Part shown: piece by piece, positions 24,736 to 34,174 of the stretch
Layout: each line of letters starts with the position of its first letter
Numbering within the stretch: position 1 is the stretch's first letter
DNA from: an uncultured Acidimicrobiaceae bacterium
Lineage (GTDB): Bacteria > Actinomycetota > Acidimicrobiia > Acidimicrobiales > SZUA-35
Assembly (NCBI GenBank): GCA_964351995.1
Contig: CAYGQE010000001.1
Span: 1 to 48,196 of the forward strand
DNA length: 48,196 bases
Direction of reading: 5' to 3'
Translations under genes and position numbers: made by a program
Notes under the pieces: generated by a model
Told to the model about the DNA's origin: nothing
Databases searched by the model: none
What the model saw: the letters and a program-made list of their open reading frames with translations, nothing else

Positions 24736-25692
24736 ATGGCGTCCTCGCATAGTGTCTCGCCCGTGAACTCAGCACCTGATCTTCCCACCATTGGCTTCGT
24801 CGGCCTCGGCAACATGGGCGGACCCATGGCTCGCCGCCTGGCGGCCGCAGGGCACGAGGTCATCTGTTTCGATCTCAACGCCGATGCAATTGCCGAAACG
24901 GTCACTGCTGGCGCCCGTGCCGCAAGCTCCGCCGCTGCGTGCGCTTCGGCTGCCGAACTGTTCTTGACCTCGCTCCCCCGGCCCGACCACGTCGAAGCAG
25001 TCATGGGCGGGCCAGAAGGTGCTCTCGCTGCGTTGCAGCCGGGCTCGATCTGGGTTGATCTCACCACGAACCGCAAAGAACTCGTGCAGGCCTTCGCAGC
25101 GGCAGCGCCAGACGGGGTCACCGTTGTCGACTCGCCCGTCACCGGCGCGGTTGACGGTGCCAGGAACGGAAAACTCACCCTCTTTGCGGGCGGTGACGAC
25201 GCTTCGCTTGATCGGGTCGTCCCCGTGCTCGAGAACCTCGGCCTGGTCATCCGTTGCGGTCCACTTGGCACTGGCAACGTGGTGAAGTTGGTCACCAACC
25301 AGCTGTGGTTCGTCGCTGCAGCAGCGATTGGAGAGGGTTTCGCGACCGGTCTCGCGAACGGCGTCGACCTCGACACCTTGTGGTTCGCCATCAAGGAGAG
25401 CGTTGGCGACAGCTTCGTTGCCCGGCATGACGCACCGTCGATCTTTGCCGGCCACTACGACCCCTCGTTCAGCCTCGATCTCTGCCTGAAGGACCTCGGT
25501 CTCATTCAGGAACTCAACAGACCAATCGATGCCAGCTTCCCCATGACCGACGCAGCCCAAGCGACGTTCCAAAAGGCAGCGGATCGCTACGGCAGCGACG
25601 TCGGCGAGTTGCACGTGGCAAAACAGATCGAGGACGACGCCCAATTGTCGTTCCGGCTCGACGGCGACTGGACCCCGCCCTGGGAGCAGTAG
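24736..25692 (+). CDS. NAD(P)-dependent beta-hydroxyacid dehydrogenase (3-hydroxyisobutyrate dehydrogenase family), second copy
   Basis: The motif IGFVGLGNMGGPMA and a conserved catalytic Lys region (GNVVKLVTN) are present. Confidence 0.85.
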   Translation: MASSHSVSPVNSAPDLPTIGFVGLGNMGGPMARRLAAAGHEVICFDLNADAIAETVTAGARAASSAAACASAAELFLTSLPRPDHVEAVMGGPEGALAALQPGSIWVDLTTNRKELVQAFAAAAPDGVTVVDSPVTGAVDGARNGKLTLFAGGDDASLDRVVPVLENLGLVIRCGPLGTGNVVKLVTNQLWFVAAAAIGEGFATGLANGVDLDTLWFAIKESVGDSFVARHDAPSIFAGHYDPSFSLDLCLKDLGLIQELNRPIDASFPMTDAAQATFQKAADRYGSDVGELHVAKQIEDDAQLSFRLDGDWTPPWEQ

Positions 25693-25821
25693 GCAGCCTC
25701 CCCGACCGGCACGGGGATGACCCCGATGCCTCCGTTGGTCGCTGTGAGAGAATGTCCTTCGGTCCCGGCAAGAACCGTCCGATGAAGACGGGGACCAATC
25801 GCGACCTGGAGGGGTTCCACA

Positions 25822-26445
25822 ATGAAGATCTACGTACCGACCATCACCGCACGACGTCTTGGTGTGACCGGCGCCGGGCTGGTGTTCGCTCTGAGCATGA
25901 CCGGCTGCGGCGCCCTTGCCGAGGAAGCCATCGAGCAAGCCATCGAAGCCGACAGCGGCGAAAGCGTTGAGATCGACTTCGACGGTGACGACGGCACACT
26001 CACCATCGAGGGCGAGAACGGCGAAGAATTCTCGATCGACGTCGACGAAGACGGCGACGGCGGCTCGGTCATGTCGAGCACCGACGAGGACGGCAACACC
26101 TTCGAGATGGTTACGGGCGAGGGCCTCCCCGACAACTGGCCGACCGAACTTCCCGTTCCTCCGGGAACCATTGTCAGCTCGACCATGATGAGCGAGAACG
26201 ATGATCGAATCCTGACCCTCGTGACAGAGGTCGACGACGCCGCCACCGCTCACGACGAGTACGTCGACCAGCTGACCAGCAACGGATTCACGACTGGCAG
26301 CACGTCGTCGTTCGAGAGCGACAGCCAAACCTCGAAGTTCACCGAGGTCAGCAGCGCTGACTGGAACGGCATGATCAGCAGCGGCACCGACAGCGCCGAT
26401 GGCCCGCAGCAACTCGTTGTCAACTTCCAGAGCGTCACCGAATAG
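25822..26445 (+). CDS. Acidic secreted lipoprotein of unknown function
   Basis: GGAGGGG RBS upstream. A signal peptide with an LSMTGCG lipobox is present, and the mature part is very rich in Asp, Glu and Ser. Confidence 0.6.
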   Translation: MKIYVPTITARRLGVTGAGLVFALSMTGCGALAEEAIEQAIEADSGESVEIDFDGDDGTLTIEGENGEEFSIDVDEDGDGGSVMSSTDEDGNTFEMVTGEGLPDNWPTELPVPPGTIVSSTMMSENDDRILTLVTEVDDAATAHDEYVDQLTSNGFTTGSTSSFESDSQTSKFTEVSSADWNGMISSGTDSADGPQQLVVNFQSVTE

Positions 26446-26451
26446 CTGCCC

Positions 26452-28497
26452 TCACCAGTGACGGAGGTCGACCGGCCAACGGTCGATGATCTTGTCGCCA
26501 TCGACCAGCCACATGTCTTGATGACGAGCAACCGTTGGATCGACATGGGCTGGTTGCAGTCGAATCAGATCGCCCACCGACCACGCTCCGGGCTCGTTGG
26601 CCTGCATCGTGATGTGCTCGTCTGAGCAGAACATCACCTTGCCGTGGGCCCACGACGGATTCCCGTGGTCCATGCCCTGGGCCTTGAGGCCGGCATCGGC
26701 GATCACCCAGCCGTCCGGGTGGATGGCGATGACCGTGGCCAGGATTTCCAGCGCCACCGAGAACGGCAGATCGAGGCTGTCGTACTGGGTGTCCATCAGG
26801 CAATAGCTCCCAGCCTGGATCTCGGTGCACCACGTGTTGGTGTCGAAGGTGCCCGTACCTCCGCCGGAGATGATGTCGCCGCCGACCACGTCAGCTGCTT
26901 TCAACAACTCGGCCATGGATGCCTCGACCTTGTCAATGCGCTTCGAGCGGTCCTCGATCATCATCAGATGACCCTCGTAACCCATGACGCCCCGCACATC
27001 GAGGCCAGCCTTCCTTGCTCGCTCCGCAAGCCGGCCGGCATCATCGGGACGACACCCGCACCGGGGCAAGCCGACATTCACGTCGATCAGCACCGAGCGG
27101 ATCCCACCGATGATCGCCGCGTCGAGGGTGGCATCGCTGTCGACGGCAACAGTGATCTGGGCCTGGTCAGCAAGCGCTCCGAGACGGGCGGTGTCGAGAG
27201 TTTCGTTGGCCAGGAGCAGGTCAGACGTGAGCCCGGCAGCGACCAGTCCCTCGATCTCTCGAGGCGTTGCGGCACAGAAAGCCGTGTGGCGATCGGCGGC
27301 CAACCGCTTGGCCAACTCCGTCGACTTGAAGGCCTTCACATGGGGCCGCAACTGCACGCCGGGTCGGACCGAATCCATCGCCGCACAGTTCGCTTCGAAG
27401 ATCGACGACTCGACCACGAGGGCCGGCGTGGGTAGATCTTCGATCGAGCCTGGTTCGCCAGGAAGCCGGCGCTGCCGACGCAGAACCGGCGGAAGCTTGC
27501 CTGTCGTCAGCGCCTCGTGGACCGTCAACGCAATGGTGGGGTCGTTCAAGTAGCCCTCGACCTTGTGGTGGTTGATGGTCTCGTTGTCGACCGTTCCGTG
27601 ATTCAGGATCGGTGGCGTGACAGCGAAGTGTCGATGGTCAAGCGGGTAAAGCGCCACGACGTCACGGGTGTCATAAGCATTGAGCCAGTGGTCGACGGTC
27701 GGCGGATGCAGCATGGGACTGACGGCCTTGCGGATGGCCGTCACGCCGAGCGGTGATCCAATCGTGACGAAGGCGGCGATCTCATAGTCGTGCGCCAGGC
27801 CACCGTGGGCCAGCAGGTTGTAAGCGATCACTGAGCCCAGGGAATGGGCGATCACGACAATGGTGTCGTCCGGTTCGCATTCGTTGAAGGCGGCTGCGAC
27901 CACACCGTTGATCTCGTCCTGGATGAGCTCGTTCCTCAGATACTGAGCGACATCGTTCGTGGCGTAGGCCACGCTGGCACCACTGGCACCCGGGATGAAA
28001 CGATCGAGAATCGACAGCCCGGTGTGCACCCACTCCCAGGTGAGGGCACCACCACCCTTGGCATCTTCGATCGCAGCTTCATCGACCACCTCGGGGTCGA
28101 TCTCGGCATCGATGGCTTCGGCGGAAACGCCAGAAGCATCGAGCACCTCGCCAAGCACCTTGCGCCCGAACTCCGCCGATCCACCGGCTTCCTCGACAAC
28201 CTCGTCACCGAATACCGCATCAGCCTCTTCGAGTGACTCCTCCCGCGTCAGTTCGTGGAGGGCATCGCCGAAGAACGGAAAGATGATGTCGGCTTCATCG
28301 ACTGGGTGATCGAGTCCCAGTCGATCGAAGCCGGCAATCAACGCCTCGAGCCAATGCCGCTTCAGCTCAACTGGGTCTTTCCCCTGCTGGTTTCGGCCGT
28401 GGATGAAGATCAGTTTCGTAGCCACGGCGCACAGTGTTGCACCGAGACGGCCCCGTGGGTCAGTGGCCGGCAGAAACCTTGCCCGTGGTGCGGGCAT
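26452..28497 (-). CDS. Fusion protein: N-terminal alpha/beta-hydrolase domain plus C-terminal DSD1 / D-threonine-aldolase-like fold-type-III PLP domain
   Basis: The N-terminal domain has FIHG and GxSxG (AHSLGS) motifs. The C-terminal domain has the PLP-lysine motif RPHVKAFKS, which is close to RPHAKTHK of D-threonine aldolase / D-serine dehydratase-like enzymes. It is a single 681-aa ORF. The start is ambiguous: ATG 28497 or GTG 28425. Confidence 0.7.
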   Translation of the reverse strand: MPAPRARFLPATDPRGRLGATLCAVATKLIFIHGRNQQGKDPVELKRHWLEALIAGFDRLGLDHPVDEADIIFPFFGDALHELTREESLEEADAVFGDEVVEEAGGSAEFGRKVLGEVLDASGVSAEAIDAEIDPEVVDEAAIEDAKGGGALTWEWVHTGLSILDRFIPGASGASVAYATNDVAQYLRNELIQDEINGVVAAAFNECEPDDTIVVIAHSLGSVIAYNLLAHGGLAHDYEIAAFVTIGSPLGVTAIRKAVSPMLHPPTVDHWLNAYDTRDVVALYPLDHRHFAVTPPILNHGTVDNETINHHKVEGYLNDPTIALTVHEALTTGKLPPVLRRQRRLPGEPGSIEDLPTPALVVESSIFEANCAAMDSVRPGVQLRPHVKAFKSTELAKRLAADRHTAFCAATPREIEGLVAAGLTSDLLLANETLDTARLGALADQAQITVAVDSDATLDAAIIGGIRSVLIDVNVGLPRCGCRPDDAGRLAERARKAGLDVRGVMGYEGHLMMIEDRSKRIDKVEASMAELLKAADVVGGDIISGGGTGTFDTNTWCTEIQAGSYCLMDTQYDSLDLPFSVALEILATVIAIHPDGWVIADAGLKAQGMDHGNPSWAHGKVMFCSDEHITMQANEPGAWSVGDLIRLQPAHVDPTVARHQDMWLVDGDKIIDRWPVDLRHW

Positions 28498-29995
28498 GCA
28501 GATCGAAGGCGTGGCGATTCAGGCCAACGAGGTGGGCCTCGATGTCCAAGTCAGCGAACTTGGCCACGACCTGATCGAGCGCAGCCACCGCTGACGTGTC
28601 CCAGATGCGGGCATCCGAACAGTCGATCTCGACCCGCTTGACCTTCACGTTGTGATAGTCGAATGAGCAAACCAGATCGTTGGTCGAGGCAAAGAACAAC
28701 TCGCCGGTCACGGCGTAGAGACGCTCGTGGTTGTCGGGGTCGACCACGCTGGTGACCTTGACGACTTCGGAGATGTTGCGAGCGAACGCAACGGCGGAGA
28801 GCACCACACCGGCGGCAACGCCGTAGGCGAGGTTGTGGGTGAAGACAACGACCGCGACCGTGACGACCATGATGATCGTCTCGGGCTTTGGCGTGTGCTG
28901 AAGGGTAGGAAGCTTGATGCTGTTCCAATTGAACGTGCCGATCGACACCATGATCATCACGGCCACGAGGGCAGCCATCGGGATCTGGGCGACGAGATCG
29001 CCGAGCACGAGAATCAAGATCAACAAGAAGACACCAGAGGCCAGTGTCGACAGCCGAGTACGACCACCGGAGCGGTAGTTGATCATCGATTGCCCGATCA
29101 TGGCGCAACCGGCCATACCGCCGAGGAAACCGGTGGCGACGTTGGCCACACCCTGACCGCGGGACTCGCGGTTCTTGTCAGACGGTGTGTCGGTGAGGTC
29201 ATCGAGCAACTGGGCGGTGAGAAGGGACTCGAGCAGGCCAACGAAGGCCAGCGTGATCGAGAACGGCAGGATGATCTGCAGCGTCTCGAGCGTGAACGGC
29301 ACGTCGGGAAGGCTCAGGAATGGAAGCGCTGAGGGCAGTTCGCCCATGTCGCCGACGGTCGGGAGGTTGAGATCCCAGTACATGGCGGCAGCGGCAAGAA
29401 CAACGATCGCCACCAGCGGCGATGGCACCGACTTGGTGAGGCGAGGAAGGCCGTAGATCACGCCGAGGCCGAGAGCGATGAACACGAGGTTCAAAGGGAG
29501 CTGGTTCGAGGCGTCATCGCTGTCAGAAAGCACGATGTGCGGGATCTGGGCGAGGAAGATGAGGATGGCAAGGGCATTCACGAAGCCGACCATCACGGTT
29601 CGAGGAACGAACCGCATGAGTTCGCCGATGCCCAGATAACCGAGCCCGACCTGGAGTGCGCCGGCCAAGATCGTGGCGGCAAAGAGGTAGGCAACGCCAT
29701 GCTCGGCGACCAAGTCGACCAGAACGAGCGCCATGGCGCCGGTGGCGGCCGAGATCATGCCGGAACGGCCGCCGGCGATCGAGATGATGATGGCGATCGA
29801 GAACGAGGCGTAGAGCCCGACTTTCGGATCGACCCCGGCGATGATCGAGAACGAGATGGCCTCGGGGATGAGAGCGAGAGCAACAACGAGGCCAGACAGC
29901 AGATCGGTCCGAGGGTTCGACAGCCACTCGGCCTTCATGCGTTCAGCAAAGGATGGCTCAGCACCCACGGGCGCCGGTGTGGAGGTGGAAGTCAT
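28460..29995 (-). CDS. SulP/SLC26-family anion (sulfate) permease with C-terminal STAS domain
   Basis: About 11 TM helices are predicted. SulP signature-like segments and a STAS-type C-terminal domain are present. ATG 29995 with an AAGGA RBS is preferred over the TTG at 30031. Confidence 0.85.
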   Translation of the reverse strand: MTSTSTPAPVGAEPSFAERMKAEWLSNPRTDLLSGLVVALALIPEAISFSIIAGVDPKVGLYASFSIAIIISIAGGRSGMISAATGAMALVLVDLVAEHGVAYLFAATILAGALQVGLGYLGIGELMRFVPRTVMVGFVNALAILIFLAQIPHIVLSDSDDASNQLPLNLVFIALGLGVIYGLPRLTKSVPSPLVAIVVLAAAAMYWDLNLPTVGDMGELPSALPFLSLPDVPFTLETLQIILPFSITLAFVGLLESLLTAQLLDDLTDTPSDKNRESRGQGVANVATGFLGGMAGCAMIGQSMINYRSGGRTRLSTLASGVFLLILILVLGDLVAQIPMAALVAVMIMVSIGTFNWNSIKLPTLQHTPKPETIIMVVTVAVVVFTHNLAYGVAAGVVLSAVAFARNISEVVKVTSVVDPDNHERLYAVTGELFFASTNDLVCSFDYHNVKVKRVEIDCSDARIWDTSAVAALDQVVAKFADLDIEAHLVGLNRHAFDLHARTTGKVSAGH

Positions 29996-30205
29996 GGGTC
30001 CTTGCGAGGTTGCGAACGGGGGCGAAGACAAAAAGCCGCGTCGTTGCTATCTACTCATCGGCGCCGAAGGCGACGCTATGAGCATTTCGGACTATGTGCG
30101 ACGAGGTCTTTTTTCACACACAGACAGCCCGAGGGTCGACGCGACCGCAGTGTCACACCCCGCGAGGAAGATGAAGAGAGGTTCCCCACCGAGATCGGAG
30201 ACAGT

Positions 30206-30518
30206 CATGGCACAGTTCGCCATTCAGCTCAGCAAGGGTGAGACGATCACCATCAGCGAAGCCGATACCTACCAATTCGAAGGCCCACTCACCACGTTCT
30301 TCTCGACCGGTTCCGGCCGCCAGGTCATCGACTCCTGGAGTACCAGGGTGGCCTCCTACCGCACCGCCGACATCGTTTCGATCGAGCGATTCGATCTCGT
30401 GCTCCCACTGGAAAGCGGCCATACCGAGCACTCAGCGTCAGCCAGCGAGACCGTCCCGACGCCTGATCCCATCCTCGCTCGACAGGAGCTCGACATCCGC
30501 GGGCTTGTTGCGGCCTAA
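30206..30518 (+). CDS. Small hypothetical protein (about 104 aa)
   Basis: ATG at 30206 with a GGAGA RBS 6 nt upstream. Third codon positions are GC-rich, consistent with coding. I recognise no domain. Confidence 0.45.
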
Positions 30519-30539
30519 GGGCCGACTCGGTAGAGAGCG

Positions 30540-31070
30540 TCAGGGTTGGCGGCCGGTGAAGGCGATGAACTGATCCTGCTCGCTGGCGTCAGGGGCGATC
30601 TCGATCTTGTCACCGAACACGCCGCGACCTCGGAGCATGGCGTCCATGGGCTTGATCTGCTCGAAGGCGTGGGTCACCGCTGCCGCCGGCAGGACGTCGT
30701 TGTGACCAATCGTTCGGGACAAGTCCCAGGTGTGCACGAGAAGATCGAGGGTGGGAATTCCCATGGCCTCAGCCACCGGACGCTTGCCGAAGGGGGTGTC
30801 GACTTCGATCTGGAGACCACCGTCGGCCGACATCGCGTCGACCATGGCCTGACGAAAGTCGCTCCACGCCGAGGCAGCATCGCCGTCGGTCACCTCCACG
30901 CCGAGTTGCGCACCCACACCGTGCTGCACGGACACCGTGTGCTCGATGAGTTCGTTGCAGTTCCACTCGTCACAGGGCGATCGTGTCTCGCCGTGCTCGG
31001 CGGTCACCGCTTCGAGTCGCTGACCAAACGCTTCGGCAACTTCATTCCAGGACGCAATTATTGGATGCAT
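30540..31070 (-). CDS. DinB/MDMPI-N-like metal-binding protein (TIGR03086-like, actinobacterial)
   Basis: The protein is 176 aa with a His-rich four-helix-bundle-type pattern (HTVSVQHG...HTWDLSRTIGH). The assignment is family-level only. Confidence 0.5.
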   Translation of the reverse strand: MHPIIASWNEVAEAFGQRLEAVTAEHGETRSPCDEWNCNELIEHTVSVQHGVGAQLGVEVTDGDAASAWSDFRQAMVDAMSADGGLQIEVDTPFGKRPVAEAMGIPTLDLLVHTWDLSRTIGHNDVLPAAAVTHAFEQIKPMDAMLRGRGVFGDKIEIAPDASEQDQFIAFTGRQP

Positions 31071-31174
31071 TGACGCTCACTCTCGTTGCAGTCGACCCGT
31101 GCGGTGTCGAGCGGAAACGTGATGGTAACAAACGCTCCAGACCACCGTCAGAGACGATGATCTAGAGTCGCTCC

Positions 31175-31906
31175 ATGGACATCGACGAAGCAGGCTCGGT
31201 CGTCGTGACCGGAGCAGCTCGCGGCATCGGTGAGACGATCGCGCGTCGATTTGCTGGTGGGGATCGACCATTACTCCTCATCGACCGGGACCCATCCGTC
31301 GCAGCGCTGGCCGACGAACTCGGAGCGCGAGCACTCGTCGTCGACGTGACCGACAGCGCCACGCTGCGCACAACCCTGACACCAGAGATCGAGCGCCGCA
31401 CGCCGTGGCTGCTCGTCAACAACCATGGCGTTTTCGACAAGACCCCGATTCTCGAGATCGATCTCGATCGATGGGATCAGGTGCAAGACATCAACGTTCG
31501 CTCGATGGTCGCGCTCATACAGCTCGTCGCGCCAGCGATGATCGCCGGCGGGCGCGGCGGCCGAATCGTGAACATGGCCTCGATGGCAGCCAAGCTCGGA
31601 ACCCCCGGCGAAGCCGCCTACAGCGCGTCGAAAGCTGGCGTGGTTGCCCTCTCGCGCATTGCGGCAATGGAGTTCGGGGCTCACGAGATCACGGTCAACG
31701 CCATCTGCCCCGGGTACGTCTTGACCGACATGGGGGCGGCGACCCGGTCCGAATCGCAAGTCGCCGAGTGGTCGGCCATGAGCCCTCTCGGACGACTCGC
31801 CTGCCCAGACGATGTGGCCGAGTTGACAATGTTCCTTAGCAGTGAGGGTGCTGGCTATCTCACCGGCGAAGCATTGAACGTGACCGGCGGGATGTGCACC
31901 TGGTGA
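31175..31906 (+). CDS. SDR-family short-chain dehydrogenase/reductase
   Basis: The motifs TGAARGIGETIA (TGxxxGxG), NNHG (NNAG-like) and the catalytic YSASK are present. Confidence 0.85.
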   Translation: MDIDEAGSVVVTGAARGIGETIARRFAGGDRPLLLIDRDPSVAALADELGARALVVDVTDSATLRTTLTPEIERRTPWLLVNNHGVFDKTPILEIDLDRWDQVQDINVRSMVALIQLVAPAMIAGGRGGRIVNMASMAAKLGTPGEAAYSASKAGVVALSRIAAMEFGAHEITVNAICPGYVLTDMGAATRSESQVAEWSAMSPLGRLACPDDVAELTMFLSSEGAGYLTGEALNVTGGMCTW

Positions 31907-31927
31907 TTGTCTGCAAACATCGCAGCC

Positions 31928-32950
31928 ATGACACTCCCTTCTTCGATCGATCCTTCGCTCGCTGACGCCACGTCGACCACGATCAGCCGCATCAGTCCCG
32001 ATCACGGGCCGATCGACCTCCACCTCGTCACCCTCGGTCCCACTGACGGCCAATTGCTGTTGTGCGTTCACGGCTGGCCGGAGAACTGGTACTCCTGGCG
32101 CCATCAGATGACCCACTTCGCTGCGCTCGGCTACCGCGTCGCGGCCATGGATGTCCGGGGCTACGGCCAGAGCAGCAAGCCCGAAGCCGTTGCCGCTTAC
32201 ACGATCGCCGAACTCGCCGGCGACGTCGCCGCCGTGATCGCTGAACTTTCGCCTGATGCTCCCGCCATCTTGATCGGCCACGACTGGGGTGCTCCAGTCG
32301 TTTGGAACACCGCTCGCCTTCATCCCGCAGCAGTGAAGGCCGTCGCCGGGATGAGCGTGCCGTACAGCCCGTCGACGGCCGGAAACCCGATGGAGTTGTG
32401 GGACCTGCTCTACGCCGACAAGTTCTTCTACATGCGGTATTTCCAAGAGCCCGGGGTCGCCGAGGCCGCCTTCGATGCCGACCGGGCTCGAGCCCTGCGC
32501 AAGGTGTATTTCGCGGGCAGTGGCGATTCGCCGGTCGAGCTGTGGACCGGCGATCAGCCGCGGGACATCCCGTTCCTCGACTTCTTGATCGACCCCGACC
32601 CGGCACCGCATTGGATGGATGCCGCAGAGATGACAGCCATCACCGATGTCCATGGCGACGGCCCGATGCACGGTTGGTTCAACCGGTATCGAGCCCAACA
32701 CCTCGATGGCGCGCTGATCGAACCAGTCGGCGATCCGCTGCTGGCCCAGCCGACCTGCTTCATCGCCGGCGAGAACGACATCGTGCGTCACTTCGTGCCC
32801 GGCATGGACTTGTTCGCCGATCCCGGCGCTTCGATGACCGACTATCGAGGGACGACGTTGATCGACGGGGTCGGCCACTGGGTGCAGCAGGAAGCGCCAG
32901 CAGCCACGAATGCAGCGTTGGAAGCATTCATCGCGTCGCTCGAGAACTGA
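31928..32950 (+). CDS. Alpha/beta hydrolase, epoxide-hydrolase-like
   Basis: An HGWPENWYSW oxyanion/HGXP region, a nucleophile segment GHDWGAPV and a C-terminal His (GVGHW) are present. The start is at ATG 31928. The TTG at 31907 abuts the SDR stop. Confidence 0.8.
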   Translation: MTLPSSIDPSLADATSTTISRISPDHGPIDLHLVTLGPTDGQLLLCVHGWPENWYSWRHQMTHFAALGYRVAAMDVRGYGQSSKPEAVAAYTIAELAGDVAAVIAELSPDAPAILIGHDWGAPVVWNTARLHPAAVKAVAGMSVPYSPSTAGNPMELWDLLYADKFFYMRYFQEPGVAEAAFDADRARALRKVYFAGSGDSPVELWTGDQPRDIPFLDFLIDPDPAPHWMDAAEMTAITDVHGDGPMHGWFNRYRAQHLDGALIEPVGDPLLAQPTCFIAGENDIVRHFVPGMDLFADPGASMTDYRGTTLIDGVGHWVQQEAPAATNAALEAFIASLEN

Positions 32951-33040
32951 GTGATCCGATTGCTCGATCGAGAGCCGTTCGATTGACAGGCTTTCTGCGG
33001 TCGTTCCCGTGGACCGCCGTGGTTACACTCTCGGAACCTC

Positions 33041-33132
33041 GGAGAGGTGACAGAGTACGGTCGATTGTGCCTCCCTGCTAAGGAGGTGTGGGTTTACGCC
33101 CACCGTGGGTTCAAATCCCACCCTCTCCGCCA
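33041..33132 (+). tRNA. tRNA-Ser (anticodon GCU), long variable arm, CCA encoded
   Basis: I folded the cloverleaf by hand. The acceptor is GGAGAGG/CCTCTCC with G73. The anticodon stem is CCTCC/GGAGG with loop CUGCUAA, giving anticodon GCU. The variable arm is an 18-nt stem-loop. The T-arm is GTGGG-TTCAAAT-CCCAC. Confidence 0.85.
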
Positions 33133-33152
33133 TCGTGATGTCTCAGGACATC

Positions 33153-33186
33153 GTGAACAGGCCCCGGACCTCGGTCCGGGGCCTGT
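33153..33186 (+). terminator. Hairpin downstream of tRNA-Ser (AACAGGCCCCGGACC-tcg-GGTCCGGGGCCTGTT)
   Basis: A perfect 15-bp inverted repeat with a 3-nt loop. There is no clear U-tract, as is common in high-GC actinobacteria. Confidence 0.5.
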
Positions 33187-33246
33187 TGGGTTCTCCGATC
33201 GTTCGACGTTGCGTCAGTCAGCGCCACCAGCATCGACGCTCGGTTC

Positions 33247-33435
33247 GTGGTGACGATCCGACACGGCGAAACGCAGAGCGTCAGCGTCAATGAGAGCCTG
33301 GCCGACAATCTCATCGTGGACGTCGTGAACGGCGAACTCATCATTGATCTCGACTCCCGGTCGTTCAACATCGGCCGTGATCTCACAGCGAGCGTCACCG
33401 GCGCCGGTCTCGCCGAAGACGAATACGTTGGGTAG
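33247..33435 (+). CDS. Possible small protein (62 aa), uncertain
   Basis: GTG start. Third codon positions are GC-rich, but there is no RBS and no recognisable domain. It lies in the long region between tRNA-Ser and the rpf-like gene. Confidence 0.2.
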   Translation: MVTIRHGETQSVSVNESLADNLIVDVVNGELIIDLDSRSFNIGRDLTASVTGAGLAEDEYVG

Positions 33436-33534
33436 ATCCGCTCACTGGCCTAGATTTAGCGGCTCGTGACTCGTCCTCCCACTCATCTCGCACCCACGGT
33501 GAGAACCGGAGACTCGCTCGCTCCAGCGACAACG

Positions 33535-34143
33535 ATGTCGAAGCGTCCGTCGATTCTCGTGCCGTGGCTTGCAGTCGGCGTAGGCCTCGCTGGGCTCACG
33601 GCCGTACCCGACGCCTCGTTGACCGACGTCGCCGGGGCAGAGACGCCTGTTGCCATCACCGGGTTCCGCTCTGACCAGGTACACGCATTCACCGCCACCC
33701 TCGGCGAGACGGCAATTCTTGCTGCTCCCGATGCCATCACATCGTCGTCATCGGCGGCAGCCATCGGCCTCGGCATCTTGGCGGAAGCGCAACGGGTCAC
33801 GCTGCAGAACGAGCGGGGCGGCCCCGACGCACCGCAAGTGCAGGCCCCGACCCCCGTGTGGGGCGACCGCACGTTTGCCACGGCCCCGACGCAGCGCGAA
33901 GAGCCAACGCCCGAACAGTGGGCCGAGCTCCGTCACTGTGAGGCGACGGGCAACTACGCCGTCACGAATTTCTCCGGTAAGTACCGCGGGGCGTACCAGT
34001 TCGACATCCCGACTTGGGAGTCAGTCGGTGGCGTGGGTGATCCGGCCGCCGCTACCCCGGACGAACAGGACCTTCGCGCTGCTCTGCTCTATCAGCAACG
34101 GGGCTCGTCGCCGTGGCCCGAGTGCGGCCGCTACCTCGACTGA
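33535..34143 (+). CDS. Secreted transglycosylase-like-domain protein (resuscitation-promoting-factor-like)
   Basis: A signal peptide MSKRPSILVPWLAVGVGLAGLTAVP is present. The C-terminal region WAELRHCEATGNYAVTNFSGKYRGAYQFDIPTWESVGG matches the Rpf-type transglycosylase-like domain pattern (CE.GGN...G..QF...TW). The start is ATG 33535. Confidence 0.7.
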   Translation: MSKRPSILVPWLAVGVGLAGLTAVPDASLTDVAGAETPVAITGFRSDQVHAFTATLGETAILAAPDAITSSSSAAAIGLGILAEAQRVTLQNERGGPDAPQVQAPTPVWGDRTFATAPTQREEPTPEQWAELRHCEATGNYAVTNFSGKYRGAYQFDIPTWESVGGVGDPAAATPDEQDLRAALLYQQRGSSPWPECGRYLD

Positions 34144-34174
34144 GCACGATGGGCGCAACCAGCTCAGGACACCC

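Noticed and set aside
24769-26412. 547-aa minus-strand ORF overlapping the dehydrogenase and lipoprotein genes. Other long antisense ORFs behave similarly, for example 5767-7128(-), 8121-9110(+), 9077-9931(+), 17203-18474(-) and 31271-32878(-).
   Set aside because: They lie antisense to ORFs with clear family motifs, have Arg/Gly/Pro-rich low-complexity translations and no recognisable domains. This is the usual open-frame artefact of 65-70% GC DNA.
33190-33534. Possible c-di-AMP (ydaO-type) riboswitch upstream of the Rpf-like gene.
   Set aside because: I could not see the conserved ydaO core or pseudoknot segments by eye. It is kept only as a low-interest check, not as a feature.
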